The notes beneath the pieces were generated by a model that was given only the letters and a program-made list of their open reading frames with translations, was not told where the DNA came from and searched no databases. This document shows, piece after piece, positions 46,140 to 58,078 of a stretch of 64,000 nucleotides of DNA (positions are counted from its first letter, which is position 1; each line of letters starts with the position of its first letter). Position numbers and translations under genes: made by a program. The DNA is from Marsupella aquatica (Eukaryota > Plantae > Marchantiophyta): NCBI GenBank assembly GCA_973895155.1, contig OZ316895.1, positions 11,554,858-11,618,857 on the forward strand, given 5' to 3'.

Positions 46140-46610
46140 TTGTCTTGATATCTTTTCTTGCCTTGACCCCGGCCTTGACATATTTTTTCTAATCTTTACA
46201 CATTTATCTCTCCTCAACATCTTGTCCTTGCCTTGCCATCGTCGGGGCATCGTTTTCACATCTCACTATCTTTTTTCACATTAAAATCTGTAATATCTCA
46301 CCATTACTTTTTTCTCACCCTCTACATCTTTTCTCTCCTTGACATCTCTTCTCTCCTTGACATCTTTTTTCAACTTGACATCTTTTACTCACCTTAACAT
46401 CTTTGTCTCACCACAATTTCCCTCGCCCTTGACATCTTTTCACCTTGACATATTTTCCTCATCTTGACATATTTTTCTCACCGCACCACCTTTTCTCTCC
46501 TCGAAATATTTTTCTTACCAGGTTTCTTACCTCAACTTCATTTCCTCACCTCAACAGTTTTTACCCCGTTAACATATTTTTTCACCTCAACATCTTTTGT
46601 GCAATGCATA
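46140..46610. repeat. Degenerate CTTGACATCTTTTTCTCAC-type tandem array
   Basis: More than 10 imperfect copies of ccttgacatctttt. Confidence 0.75.
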
Positions 46611-47226
46611 GTTAAATTAGGCCCAAGTTTGTACTTAACAACATGTTTGACTAAAAACTTTGCTACAAAGGGGAGCGTCAAACGGAAATGATGATAATTT
46701 CTCAACATTTCTTGGATGCGTTGGAAATCTCTTGAGGAGGACCACATCCTACTGAGCTCAGCTAGGTCTAGGGGTGCCTTTGATTCTCAAGGTTTTTTGG
46801 CTCTCTTGCTCGCTTGCCAAATCCTATCAAAATAGTAGCCACTTGAGCCGTGTTCACTTTCCCACGGGAGCTTGCGTTGGGGAGGCAATGCAGAGTAGGC
46901 ATGGGTGTTGAGGTCCAAATGAATTTTCCCCTAGACTCTCAGTTGAGTTGGAGCCTTATGGTTGCTAGATCTCGTGCTAGATCCGAGGCCAAACTGGTCT
47001 TGTTTGGGACAAGCTAGCTACTAGGGTCATGAACATGTTTTGAACGTAGAGCGATCAGCCAATGATGAATAGAAAGTGGGAAATTTTGGACGACACCCGA
47101 TAGAGAGGCTATTTTGAACCTACAGTGGGTTTTGACCTTAGCTTTAGCTTATGGCAAGGCCACTCGAGCCAGGGAGGTGCTATTCACTTACCTACTTACT
47201 AACTATTGCTAAGCGTGAGGCAAGAC

Positions 47227-47556
47227 TGTTGAGCATAGATGACAATCGTAATGGCAAGCCCGACCATGAACCATGCACCGCACAGGTATTGACACTGAGA
47301 GATATGTGGTTCACCTCCACATGAGGCTACGCCATACACACAAGAACTTTATTGCACTCTAGGCTGACTGGGCATACCAAGCATCCATAGCACAAGCCTG
47401 TTACAATGAGCCTTTGATCAGGAGTTCCTACTCTCCAAGCAAACACCGCTTGAGTATAGTGTGTGTGCAGCATGACTAACCTAACCTAGTCTACGACTAA
47501 GGTTAGCCCTAACTGTGGTACAGTTGTAACTCTAGACCTATGAGTAAATCCTAACA
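47227..47556 (-). mobile_element. Solo LTR, reverse orientation
   Basis: tgtt...aaca ends, TSD AAGAC (47222-47226 and 47557-47561); reverse complement aligns with 49345-49690. Confidence 0.88.
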
Positions 47557-48019
47557 AAGACAATGGTCTTGGGATCCTAGATCATGACGGGTTACTTACC
47601 AATGTGTTTGGTTGTTTGTGCAGGCAATGAGGGCCGTTGAGCAATTGTATATTAGGGAGCAAGTGTAGTTGGTGGTGATAGAGACACCGAGTTGTTTGTT
47701 CAAGGAGTTTTGTGTAGGCGTTTGGGCACCAAGGGTACTTAGGCAAGAGTATTGGGATTGGTGAGGGCGTTGGGTGCTTGGCTGGGTGGCAAGGTCCACC
47801 ACTGTGGAGGACCAATGTTGCTTCTTTTTATATTGGAGAGACTTTCCCTAGAAGTGACTTTACTGCCCTTCTGGGACCCGCCATTTACTGCCCAACACTT
47901 GTCACCAACTTTGCACAATAGAGGGCTGATGAAGAACAGAAGAGCCTACAATCCAAAGGTCCCAAATTCAATCCCTCGGCGAGGGTGTGGAGGGCCCCGT
48001 GGAGGGTACACAAGATGTA

Positions 48020-48655
48020 CCACTACATCTTGGGCGACACAAAATTTTGGGAAAATGACATTTTGCATTAACATCTTTTTATTTCATGACATCTTTCACA
48101 TAACAACATCTTGTACAGCACAACATCTTTTCTCTTAATAACATCTTGGGCCCCACAACATTTTTTCCTTGACAATATCTTGGCCAACACGACATAGTTT
48201 TCTTTTAAAGACATCTTGGGTGCCATGACATCTCTTTTCTTAACAACATTTTGGACGACACGATATCTTTTTTTCTTAACCACATTTTGGGCGACACGGC
48301 ATCTTTTTTTCTTAACGACATGCATCTTGGGCAACACGACATTGATTTTCTTAACAACATCTTGGGAGACACAACATGATCTTTTTTCTTCATGACATCT
48401 TGGGCAACATGACACCTTTTTCTTCACAACATCAATATTGCGCTACAACACAACACAACATCTTTGTTCTTAACGACATCTTGGAAGACACAACATCTTT
48501 TCTTTTAATACATTACATCTTGAGTGACACAACATTTTTTTTCTTAACGACATCTTGGACGACAAACATCTTTTTTCTTAACAATATATTGGGCGACCTG
48601 ACATCTTTTTTCTTCATGATGACATCTTTGGTGCAATGCACGGGTGTTGAGCTAG
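48020..48655 (+). mobile_element. Helitron-like 3' end preceded by a minisatellite (unit about ACATCTTGGGCGACACAACATCTTTTTTCTTAAC)
   Basis: More than 12 imperfect repeat units, then palindrome GTGCAATGCAC (48631-48641) and CTAG|T at 48652-48656; 5' end not defined. Confidence 0.55.
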
Positions 48656-49344
48656 TAGTTATCATAGCCAATTGAAAATCAACCACAGCCTCCTATTTTA
48701 AGCAACCCCAGCCTCCTATTTTGAGTTCACTCTACATAGCTATCATGGCCAACTAAAAAGCAACCTCAACTTTGTTGGGAGAGTTCTCCTAAGTGGTAGG
48801 TATGAGAATCTGACTTCTCTAGATTGAAATCTAAGAAATCCAAGGACCAAACTCAGTACAAAGTCAGCTATAATGTAATTTCTTCCATACACACATCCAA
48901 TAACCAAAAAACAACTTTCCTGGAACCCTCATGGTGGTCCAGGAGTGGGTTAGACGGGACTTTTTTGCATTTTCTTTAATGAGTGTGATCAACACCCTGT
49001 TACATTTAACAAACCCCAGTAGGGTTTGGAGATGCTCAACAGGGTGTGGGACCTGATCAGATATGGTATTTACATGCAATTATATTGATGGTAGAGGGTA
49101 GTGTCACTATAGGCATGCCCGGACCTGCCAGCAGGTTATAGCCATGACATCACAATTCCAGATTGTGAAGCCAAACCCCATACTCTAAGTGATTGAGAGG
49201 GCAACACATTGGGAATTGAAGCCAAACTTAGGGTGGGGCTGATCAAACTGCATGGGTTGCACCTCTGTAATCATGCACACCAAAAGTGCATAAACTTAAC
49301 TTCCAGCAGTTACCAATTAAACTAACTTAGGCATCATTCATTGG

Positions 49345-49690
49345 TGTTAGATATTGCTCTTAGTCTTGTTGACTCATGAGCTAACTACAGTTAGTCTAAC
49401 TTGGGTTAGGACTTAGCTAATGTTAGCGGTAGTGCTGTTATGCATATAGCCAGGGCTGATGCCAGACCCTGGTGGAACTTAGGCTCATTGTTACGGAGCT
49501 AGTTGAGAGATAGGGAGAGGTTGTGCTGTGGATGTTTAGTATGGCCGGTCGGCCTAGAGTGCAGTAAAGCTCTTGTGTGTTCCCGTGGACGTAGCCTCAT
49601 GTGGAGGTGAACCACGTATCTCTCTGTGTCGACTCTTGTGCGTTGGATGATTCATGGGCTTGCCGTTACGAATGTCGTCTATGCTCAACA
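49345..49690 (+). mobile_element. Solo LTR
   Basis: TGTTAG...TCAACA ends, TSD ATTGG (49340-49344 and 49691-49695). Confidence 0.9.
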
Positions 49691-49990
49691 ATTGGGTAGT
49701 GAATATATAGTCAATAAATTAATGCAAGCTTGGTGTGTTTTCCCTCAGCCTGGACGTAAACCTCACGTAACCATGGTAGACTCTATAGATGTTGTTTGAT
49801 CGTTCTAAATTAAATCCAAAACAGATCAACTGGCTCCTCATCAAGGGGGTATATCTATAGCAATGTAGACTGCTCATCCTAAGTGTGTGCACTGTCCCTT
49901 GCACTGTTCGTCGGAGAGAAGGTGACAAATATAGAACAACGCCATGCTCCAATAGGAGCTCTTGGATTTGGAAACTACGGGAGTCTGTTG

Positions 49991-50459
49991 TGTTAGGCAT
50001 TTACTCTTAAGTCTAGGGTTACAATTGCAGTTAGAGTCAAAGTTTACTCAAGTTAAGAGTAAATGTTGTAACCAAGTTGGTTTACTCTTAAGTCGCCAAC
50101 TTGGTTACAGTTGGCGACTTAAGAGTCTAGGGTTACAATTTGCAGTTAGAGTCAAAGTTAACATTATTTAGTTGCCAACTGGTTAGGTGTGCTACACACT
50201 ATATCCCAAGCGGTGTTCGCTTGGTTAAAAGGAACTTAGGCTCATTGTTACGGAGCCAGTTGAGAAAAATGGGAGAACTTGTATTGCGGAGATTCGGTAC
50301 AACTGATGGGCCTAGAGTGCAGCGAGGAGGGTAGCAAGGCACTTGTGTGTTTTCATGGATGTAGCCTCAGTTGAGTTAAATCACGTATCTCTTTGTGTCG
50401 ACTACTAATGCGTTGCATGATCATGGGCAAGCCATTGTGAATGTTGTCTTTGCTGAACA
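49991..50459 (+). mobile_element. Solo LTR with internal duplications
   Basis: TGTTAG...GAACA ends, TSD TGTTG/CGTTG (one transition); shares ggaacttaggctcattgttacggagc with the 49345 copy. Confidence 0.82.
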
Positions 50460-50589
50460 CGTTGGATTTACTATGAAGGAATTCAAGGGCCCCAAAGCCA
50501 AAAAAAGCCAGGGCTATGCATTTCGATTCAATCCCCCTGTTGAATTATTATTATTGTTGGTTTATTATTTCCCAACCCATTCACAAAAG

Positions 50590-50700
50590 CCCCACTCAAC
50601 TATTCCTTAGATTTAATGATTGCATTAATGAATCCCCACTTTTGGCCATTCAATGGTCTTGAATGATTAATCATTAAATCTAAGGAATAGTTGAGTGGGG
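50590..50700. repeat. Perfect 32-bp inverted repeat (MITE-like/hairpin)
   Basis: ccccactcaactattccttagatttaatgatt (50590-50621) is the reverse complement of 50669-50700. Confidence 0.88.
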
Positions 50701-50893
50701 TTGAGGGATGGAGGATGGGTGGGGCAAAGGAAAGGGTGGCTTCACTGGTGATTATCTCAAGATTTTGTGCGTATACACTGTGTTAAATTCCCAACATTCC
50801 TCTGGCACCACACAGAACATAGCGTAAACACATTTTTATCCCTTAAACCATAAACCCCACCCCCAATACCCTAAAATTGGCAGCATAAAATAT

Positions 50894-51178
50894 AAATCAA
50901 TCCATACTATTATGTCATAGTTTGTATTGTACTCCACCTCCAAAGATACATTGTAAAATGCAAGGTAAAATGACCATTTATGTTGTCAGATCTTCCGCTC
51001 TGTGCAACTTACTTTGCATATATATCACAGTGTCAAAAGGCAAAAAATGCCAAACCGGGAGACAAGATCCCAAAGGCAAAACAACCCAAAGAAGGGGAGT
51101 AAAAGAGGAGAAAGGGCCCCAAGGAAAAACAAACCAAGGGTCCAGACATGTTGCAGACGTAATAGTATGGATTGATTT
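50894..51178. mobile_element. MITE-like unit with 23-bp terminal inverted repeats
   Basis: aaatcaatccatactattatgtc versus gacgtaatagtatggattgattt (1 mismatch); TSD not evident. Confidence 0.6.
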
Positions 51179-52051
51179 GTGACATCCGGGAGTGGTACTT
51201 TGCCAGCCCCGATAAAACGTTACTGCACAGTTTACAATGTCTATGATGACATTAAAATTGATAACAAAGCATCCTAAGACTCCCCTTATGTTGTCCCGTC
51301 AGTGGGCATATAGGGCATATAGCTGGCGCATTCTAAGCCACACCCTATTTTAACATTCACAATAAAGTCTAATCTAAATGTAACTAGTTTATAAAACACA
51401 AGCTATCATATTTTATTCAAGAATATTGAAACAATGATTATAAAAAGTAAAATGAAATAAACATATCATTAAAGTGAATAGATAACGGTACTCTCTGGGT
51501 GAAACACAAGTACAATTCAATGTACCTTGTTGTAGATATAGTATTTTGTGATTGAAAGCGAAGCAAACTAAGTTTGTACCTTTCTAAATTTTTGGGGGCT
51601 CTCTTTTTAGGTGGGGCTTCTCTGTTTAGGTGACACCAATTGACCTATAAACCATAATTATTGTAATTCTTTTAAACAATAGACATATAAGCTACCGGGC
51701 ATGGTTGGATTGTGTCCTAGTTGCCTGGTTGAGTTTGGAGAGTGTTTGAAGAGTTATATAGTATCAAGAAATTCTCATGAAAATGAGGAGTGCTTATTGC
51801 ATAAATACACAATAAAACTAGAGGGATAACATAAATTATTATACTAAAAAGATTAAAAGAAGTTTTAGCATGTCTACTTAAAACTAAGTACTTGAAAAAA
51901 TTACAGGGGTTGAAAGAAATTATTAAAATCAGAAAAATACAAAGTAAAAGCATAGAATAGACCAAATTGACATAAAAATATATAACAAACAATACTATTA
52001 AGACAAGGTAACCAAAGTGTGTCCTGCCATATATTACATCATTCTAGTGCA

Positions 52052-52169
52052 TATCTACTTTCAGGCCGACAATAGTTTATTTTAATGTACTTGGAAAAGA
52101 ACTGCCATTTTATCTACTTTCAGGCCGACAGTAGTTTAGTTTAATGTACTTGGAAAAGAACTGCCATTT
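52052..52169. repeat. 59-bp tandem duplication
   Basis: tatctactttcaggccgaca...ggaaaagaactgccattt occurs twice (52052 and 52111). Confidence 0.9.
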
Positions 52170-52522
52170 TGACAACATTCAAGAATGTCATATAAGGCGC
52201 CATTAGAAATGAGCCCTGATTTACGTTCTTTCGATGACTTTCACAGATGACGTAAAAGCGGTCCTGAAATGACATGTCAAACAACATAAAAAGCTGAAAA
52301 ATGTAGTTGTGATATACATGGAATCAATTGGAGTGGGGCCCAAATGCCAAAATATGGGGAGAGTTGTCGGTCCCATATTTTAGACCACCTCTCTTGGAGG
52401 TCTCTTCATCTGGTAGTTTGGTCCATTCCTATTTTGAGTCTTCTACATGAAAGCAGACCCACATCCCCTCATCAGATTTCTTTTGTCAAAACAAGAAGAG
52501 CCCCTAAACCATGTCCTGTTCA

Positions 52523-55500
52523 CGTAATCTAGGTCGACCTTATGGGTTACCGGTGGGTAGAGTGATTAGGGCATGATCGTTATTTACGTTATATCCAGCC
52601 CTGACACGTAAGGAATCCCGTTATTCATGCACCTGACACAACTGGGGTCCATAATGGGCCCTCCTGAATGTCATGACTCACTCAGTCCTGACACAACTAA
52701 GGCACATAAGTTAGGGCCCTGACACAAGAATATGAGGCGCTCCTTTACAAAATTTGTATATTCCTTTCATTTTTTTTGTTTCACACCACACAATGTGTTT
52801 CCGTGAAAATATTACACTTTATAGAATGTCATTTTTTGTTTCACACCATACAATGTTTCCGTGGAAACAATACACTTTATAGAATAAAAGAAAATATTGC
52901 ACTTTATTCAGCGGGGATCCTGAATGATCGACCCTGAAAACTTGATACTGAAAATTCAGCAGGGGATGGGAACTCATCAACTCTGAAAGCTTACTGCTTA
53001 GAATTCAACTTTGAATGGGCCTGTGATAGCTTGAAAAGCTTTAAGTACAATCCAATGATCTTCGATGAGTATATTCGGTCCTCAACTATTGGTGTAACTA
53101 CACTATCATACTTGTATTCTCTGTCTAAATTCCTAGCTAGAAGCTGCACTAAATCTAACTCACTTTTCGGCCACTGCATCACTTGGGGACTCCTTCTCTT
53201 TGTCCTTGGCTTGAACAATCTTGATAGTTAGGTTGCAATTCTGGAACGAATTGTTAGCCAAGCTGTTTGCAATTGAGACGGTTGATGCATCCCCTTTCAG
53301 ATACGTCAGTTGGCTATTCCCTGATTTGACAGACTTTCCTTGTCCCAATCAATCAAATCCAAATCATTCAGGAAGGCTTTGCTCTTCTCAAGAATATCAC
53401 TTGCCACCAACACATCACCCTTCCCATCAGGGATATTCTATGCCACAGACAATACACTGATGTCAAATGTTACCTGAACCATGAGCCATACATTACATCA
53501 AAGACCAAACTGAACAGTGAAGCACATAAACAGTGTTGTACCTGTTATGCTCTGGGAGCTAATGCCAACTACAATGTACATATTTCCCGCACCCTCTCAA
53601 CTAGAGGTGTCACAACATTGGAGTTCCCTGTGGATTCGGCAGCTATCTCACTTGTCCTCCCAATGAGAGGAACCATTGTATTCGGAACTGATGAAGAGCA
53701 AGTAGGTCTTGCACCCTCTCCAATAGTCAAGCATGATGTCAATGGATTCAAACTCGCTGAAGATCCCACAACCTGCTCCTCTACAAATTTATTGGACATT
53801 TCAAGCAAGGTAGACTTATAACTCAACATGGGATTTGACGCAACAAGAGTGGCAGCTTCCATCTTTACTGCTTTAGTTCAATCGTACCTCAAGTACACGC
53901 TCTTAGTATGATGCCCCGAAAAAAGCATTCCAACTTCATCTAGGACTCCCCTTGCTGCCATGCGTGTGATCAGAGTCGCTCGTCCAGACCGATTGCTGAA
54001 AAGATCTGTAGGCAAACCAACTAACTTTAGCATGTTCACAAGCCATCGACTGGTTCTCTCCTTCTAAACTTTATGTACCTTATTGTACCAGATATTGCTC
54101 ACTGGATTAATGATTGAACCCATAAACAAGTCAGGCTTTGCCCCTTCCTCAAGCGGAGGCATGTGTGCAGGTATTGCTTCACTGTAAGCACAAAATCAGC
54201 CTCAAAGCTGTGAAAAACGTTTTGAAACTGCTCTTCATTGTATCGCTCGAGAGTATAGGAGTTGTTCTTGCTCTGCCTCTCCTCAAAACTGCAGACCATC
54301 ACCTTGAACAGATCCATTAGTAAAATAGAGACCTCATGTTAACCAAATTCAAAGTAAAACTAAATGAGTCAAAAGCAATCAAATCTTTATGCTCACCGAA
54401 CATAGTCTTGCCCTTCCTTGTCTTGCCAGATATTGACATCATCACAATGCAGATCCTACAACTCTTGTCCTCCGCAAATTCCCAGCCTCACCAGGAAGAA
54501 AAATGCTAGGCGCTTCTGACAGCCAAGGGAGAAGTTAATTTGATGATCCATGTCAATTAGAATTGCATTCTCCATCTCCTCTGTAAGGGTCGCAACCTGT
54601 AAACAGAAGAAATTGTTAGGTTCAGACCGACAGCAGAAACTACTGATGCAAAGATTCATGTCTTACAACAACTGACCTTCTTTGTCTTCTTATTCACTCC
54701 ATCCTTCACACTCTTGCGAATGGCAGCTTTCAGAACCAAACGAGTTTTTGTAAAACTTGCATGCTTGCAGATGTTAAAATCTCTATCAACAAGGTTCCCT
54801 TCTCCTTTCAAAGCCCTCATCTCACTTGCATGTCTAATGACACAGTTCGAAGTATTCATCAGGCCCATTAGCGTGGATGAAGGGTACTGTTGGCCATCAA
54901 GTTTCACAACTCGAGAAAAAACATTGCTCAGAAGCTCATCTAACATCACCAAAGACAAATCTCCAAGTGGAATACTCATATCCCACTGTAATGCCTCCCG
55001 TAGTAGATTAGCTCGATTCGTAGCCCACCGATCATTGTGCTCAGAGCCCCGCTTCTCCTTCCCTTTCCTCGCATCAAACAACAACGGGTCAGCGACAACT
55101 CTAAATCCTTGAACCTGTACTTCGACCTGCATTGGCTCCCCAGGCGGCACAACATTCGCCTCATTATGAGGCACGATTGCATCACATGAGGATTCTTCGA
55201 TCGAAGGGCATTCATCAACAAAAGAGCACTGTCCGACAGATGTTGTCTCATCAAAAACACTCGACAATTCAGATCCGGAAAAGTCATAGGGTTGGCTAAG
55301 CTCATTCAAGAACAGGATGTCGAGGTCTCCTCCAACTTCCTCTCCCTCTACAAACATCAACTCTCCATCACTGCAATCTCCCATCCTTTGACCACGAACT
55401 ACTTTGCAACCAGGCAACATTGAGCGCACAGAGTTAGTGATAGCAGAAAATGACCCCACTACTTCGACACACTGACCCATACCCTAAAAGTCATGGATCA

Positions 55501-56378
55501 GTTTGTAAGCTTATACTGAATAAGAAACATAGACAGATCACACGGATTTTGTTGCAACTTTTGAGCCAGTCAAGTTGCTCAAGTAACGCCATTGATACTC
55601 CCAATCCCCGCTTCCAGCATTCAAAATCCAAGAGATGGGAAGAAACACAAATTTAAATTACTCCCGCTTCCATTCAGTTGCGCAGATAAGTTGAGTAGTC
55701 ATCAATCCTTCACATCAAGTAGTTGCCCACCGCGCCTCCCGTTCTGCAAGCACCATTCAAAACCCCATGTTACATCGAGTACTTCCGACCGCGCCTTGCA
55801 GAAGCTTAAAAAAGCACGTGAAAAAGACTGACAAGAACATTGCGATGAAAAGCTTCTCAAGAAACTACAACAGAACTGCAAGAGGATTGCTGATCCAACT
55901 GAGATAGGAAACTTTGGTAGAAAGCAATATAAGGAACCACAAGAAACTGTGACAAAACTGCAATAGAAATGCCACCGCCCTCACGAAGTCCTCTGGCATC
56001 CAACAACTGCAGTAGAAATGAAATTGCGCCAAGATCTCCTCTGCCAAAGCTGCATCTATGAAGTGCAAACAATCAATCAAACTGCAGCAAAAAGGCGATT
56101 TGAGTATTCAAAACTACAACAAACTGCGATACAAACTGTCGTCCCTTGCTGAACTGGTTCGACGACAAGTGAAGCTATCCCGCTCGATATCTCCTTCCGC
56201 AAATGGGGCATTGACAAACAATCGGTCCACAATCGCACCGCCTTTTCCATTACAAACCTAAAATGGAGACGAGATCGCATATCCCGCTTGTTTACCCCCC
56301 CTCCCCGAGTGGTCGTCCTTTACTGCTGATTTGTCGCACCGTCAGTAGCCGGTAACCCATCGATTGACCTAGATTACG
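52523..56378 (-). mobile_element. Crypton-like tyrosine-recombinase DNA transposon (decayed), about 3.86 kb
   Basis: Imperfect inverted repeats cgtaatctaggtc-N6-atgggttaccgg (52523-52553) and ccggtaacccat-N5-gacctagattacg (56349-56378) enclose a DUF3504-type YR pseudogene; no RT, gag or DDE sequence seen. Confidence 0.75.
53160..55480 (-). pseudogene. Intron-containing tyrosine recombinase pseudogene (Crypton/DUF3504, related to ZMYM/QRICH1/KCTD1-type domesticated Cryptons)
   Basis: Spliced reading: LDELLSNVFSRVVKLDGQQYPSSTL...FNICKHASFTKTRLVL...KK/VATLTEEME...FFFLVRLGI[C]GGQEL*DL...YVRFEERQSKNN...(frameshift)...WYNKVHKV*...LVGLPTDLFSNRSGRATLITRMAARGVLDEVGMLFSGHHTKSVYLRYD*, plus a C-terminal FQNCNLTI; GT-AG introns 54676-54597 and about 54396-54289. 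Confidence 0.85.
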
Positions 56379-58078
56379 CACATTAACTCACATCTAGGCC
56401 GTCCGTTACCACCCCATACCCGGGGCACCCCGTTACAGGCCAGTAAGGGCCACCTAGAGGTGAGTTATCCTACACTAACCTCTACACTGGAGTTCCTTTT
56501 GGTAACTATACTGGCTATGCAAGCCAGTGCAAATCTTGGAGGGAATTCTTTCACTCCCTCCGGATTGATGAATACAGCAAGAGAGCTCAGAAATCTGCGG
56601 CAATGTACCCAAGAGGATGCAGACCGTCATTGCACGCAGCAGCAGGGTTTTTGAGAACGAGGGAGTCTCTACAATGCGGCAAAATTGCTCGGTCAAATGC
56701 AGCTGGAATGCTCAGTAACAAGTTTTAAGAACTGTTCATATTGTTTGGAAATTGGAAGTGCTTCAAGAAGGCTTTAATTAAGAGAGAGCCGGAGAAGCAG
56801 AATGTACTTGAGAACCTGGAGGAGGCGTGAGGAGGCATCCTCTGTTGCATTTGACACTAAAATTAAAACTTTGGACACCTCTAAATGAAAGCCTTCAAGA
56901 AGGCGGTAATCAATGAGACCTTTAGCAAGGAGAACCCCTCCTGGTAGGCCTTTACTTGCACTTCGAGAGTTCCAAAGAGGTTTACCTTACACATTAAAAC
57001 GGGACGGTATAATTGCCGCCCTCCGACTTCAGGGCTCCAAACATTCAATAATCACTCACAATTTGCCAATGTTGGTGGAAGCAGGCAGGGGATGGGCCAA
57101 TTGTCAAGGATGGTTTGCCTTACATGTGTTTACGACATTTACCCCTCACAGAAAATTGAACATCTCTTTTCATGAACTTGCTACTCACGGTTCGAGTGAA
57201 CAGAACACCGAATGAAAATTCTCGAAGGTCCACAAAAAGAGAACTTATAATACCAAAGGGATGGACGTCCTCAACACTCCGAACAGACATGTTATGCTTT
57301 TACTTTCAGCACATCGGCCAGGTGTTGTGTACCAAAAACAAGGACTTGGTGTATTGAAAAAACATAACCCAAAAACCTGTTGTGTTCAATCCTCGGAGAG
57401 TATCGTCGTGCACCAAATCAATTCTATCCATCACCAAGGATGAAGTCCTGAGAAAGCAACTTGTGTTGTATTTATCACCGAAATGGGTATGTCCGGGAGC
57501 AAATCTATTACCAGAGTGGTATGTGCGGAAGACAATAGCCTCTTTTTCCTCGGGAAGCAGAAATTTCGGTGTCTAAAACCGGACAACACAAATATATCTT
57601 CTGCGGGTCTTCACAAACATCAACTGGACAGGGTACTGTTCAAAGATTGACTCACATTTCAATCATATTCACGCGTTTTGGTAATACTTTTGCACAAAAG
57701 CGGATGTTTGTAATCTAGATTGACATTCAGATTCCTGACCACATCGAAACATTCATTTCTCGTAACTGAGAAGCTTTCTTCAACAATGAGGTACAAATAA
57801 TCAAGCTCAACTTAAACATGCGTAATCGACGACAGTGAATGAATGAATGGATGAATGAATAATGAATGAATATACATCATCTACACAATGATACATCTCG
57901 TATCGCTAGACATTACGTTGGATGCTATAACTAATATTAAGTCTAATTTCATTGAATGGAATATCGTCCTCCGCTGGACACTATTTACAGTAACTATTTG
58001 TGAAAGCGTCTGAAGGATTTCACATTTGAATTTCACTATGGCCTTTGCACGCCATTAAAATAGTTAATATCTATCTGG

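Noticed and set aside
48020-48630. CRISPR-like periodicity and Lys/Val-rich ORFs (48068-48427)
   Set aside because: Degenerate tandem units without unique spacers, eukaryotic context and no cas genes; the ORFs are repeat translations.
56700-57580. Nearly open frames faintly resembling LINE ORF2 (KKALI...GG)
   Set aside because: Resemblance too weak; no RT or endonuclease motifs and no poly(A)/TSD identified.
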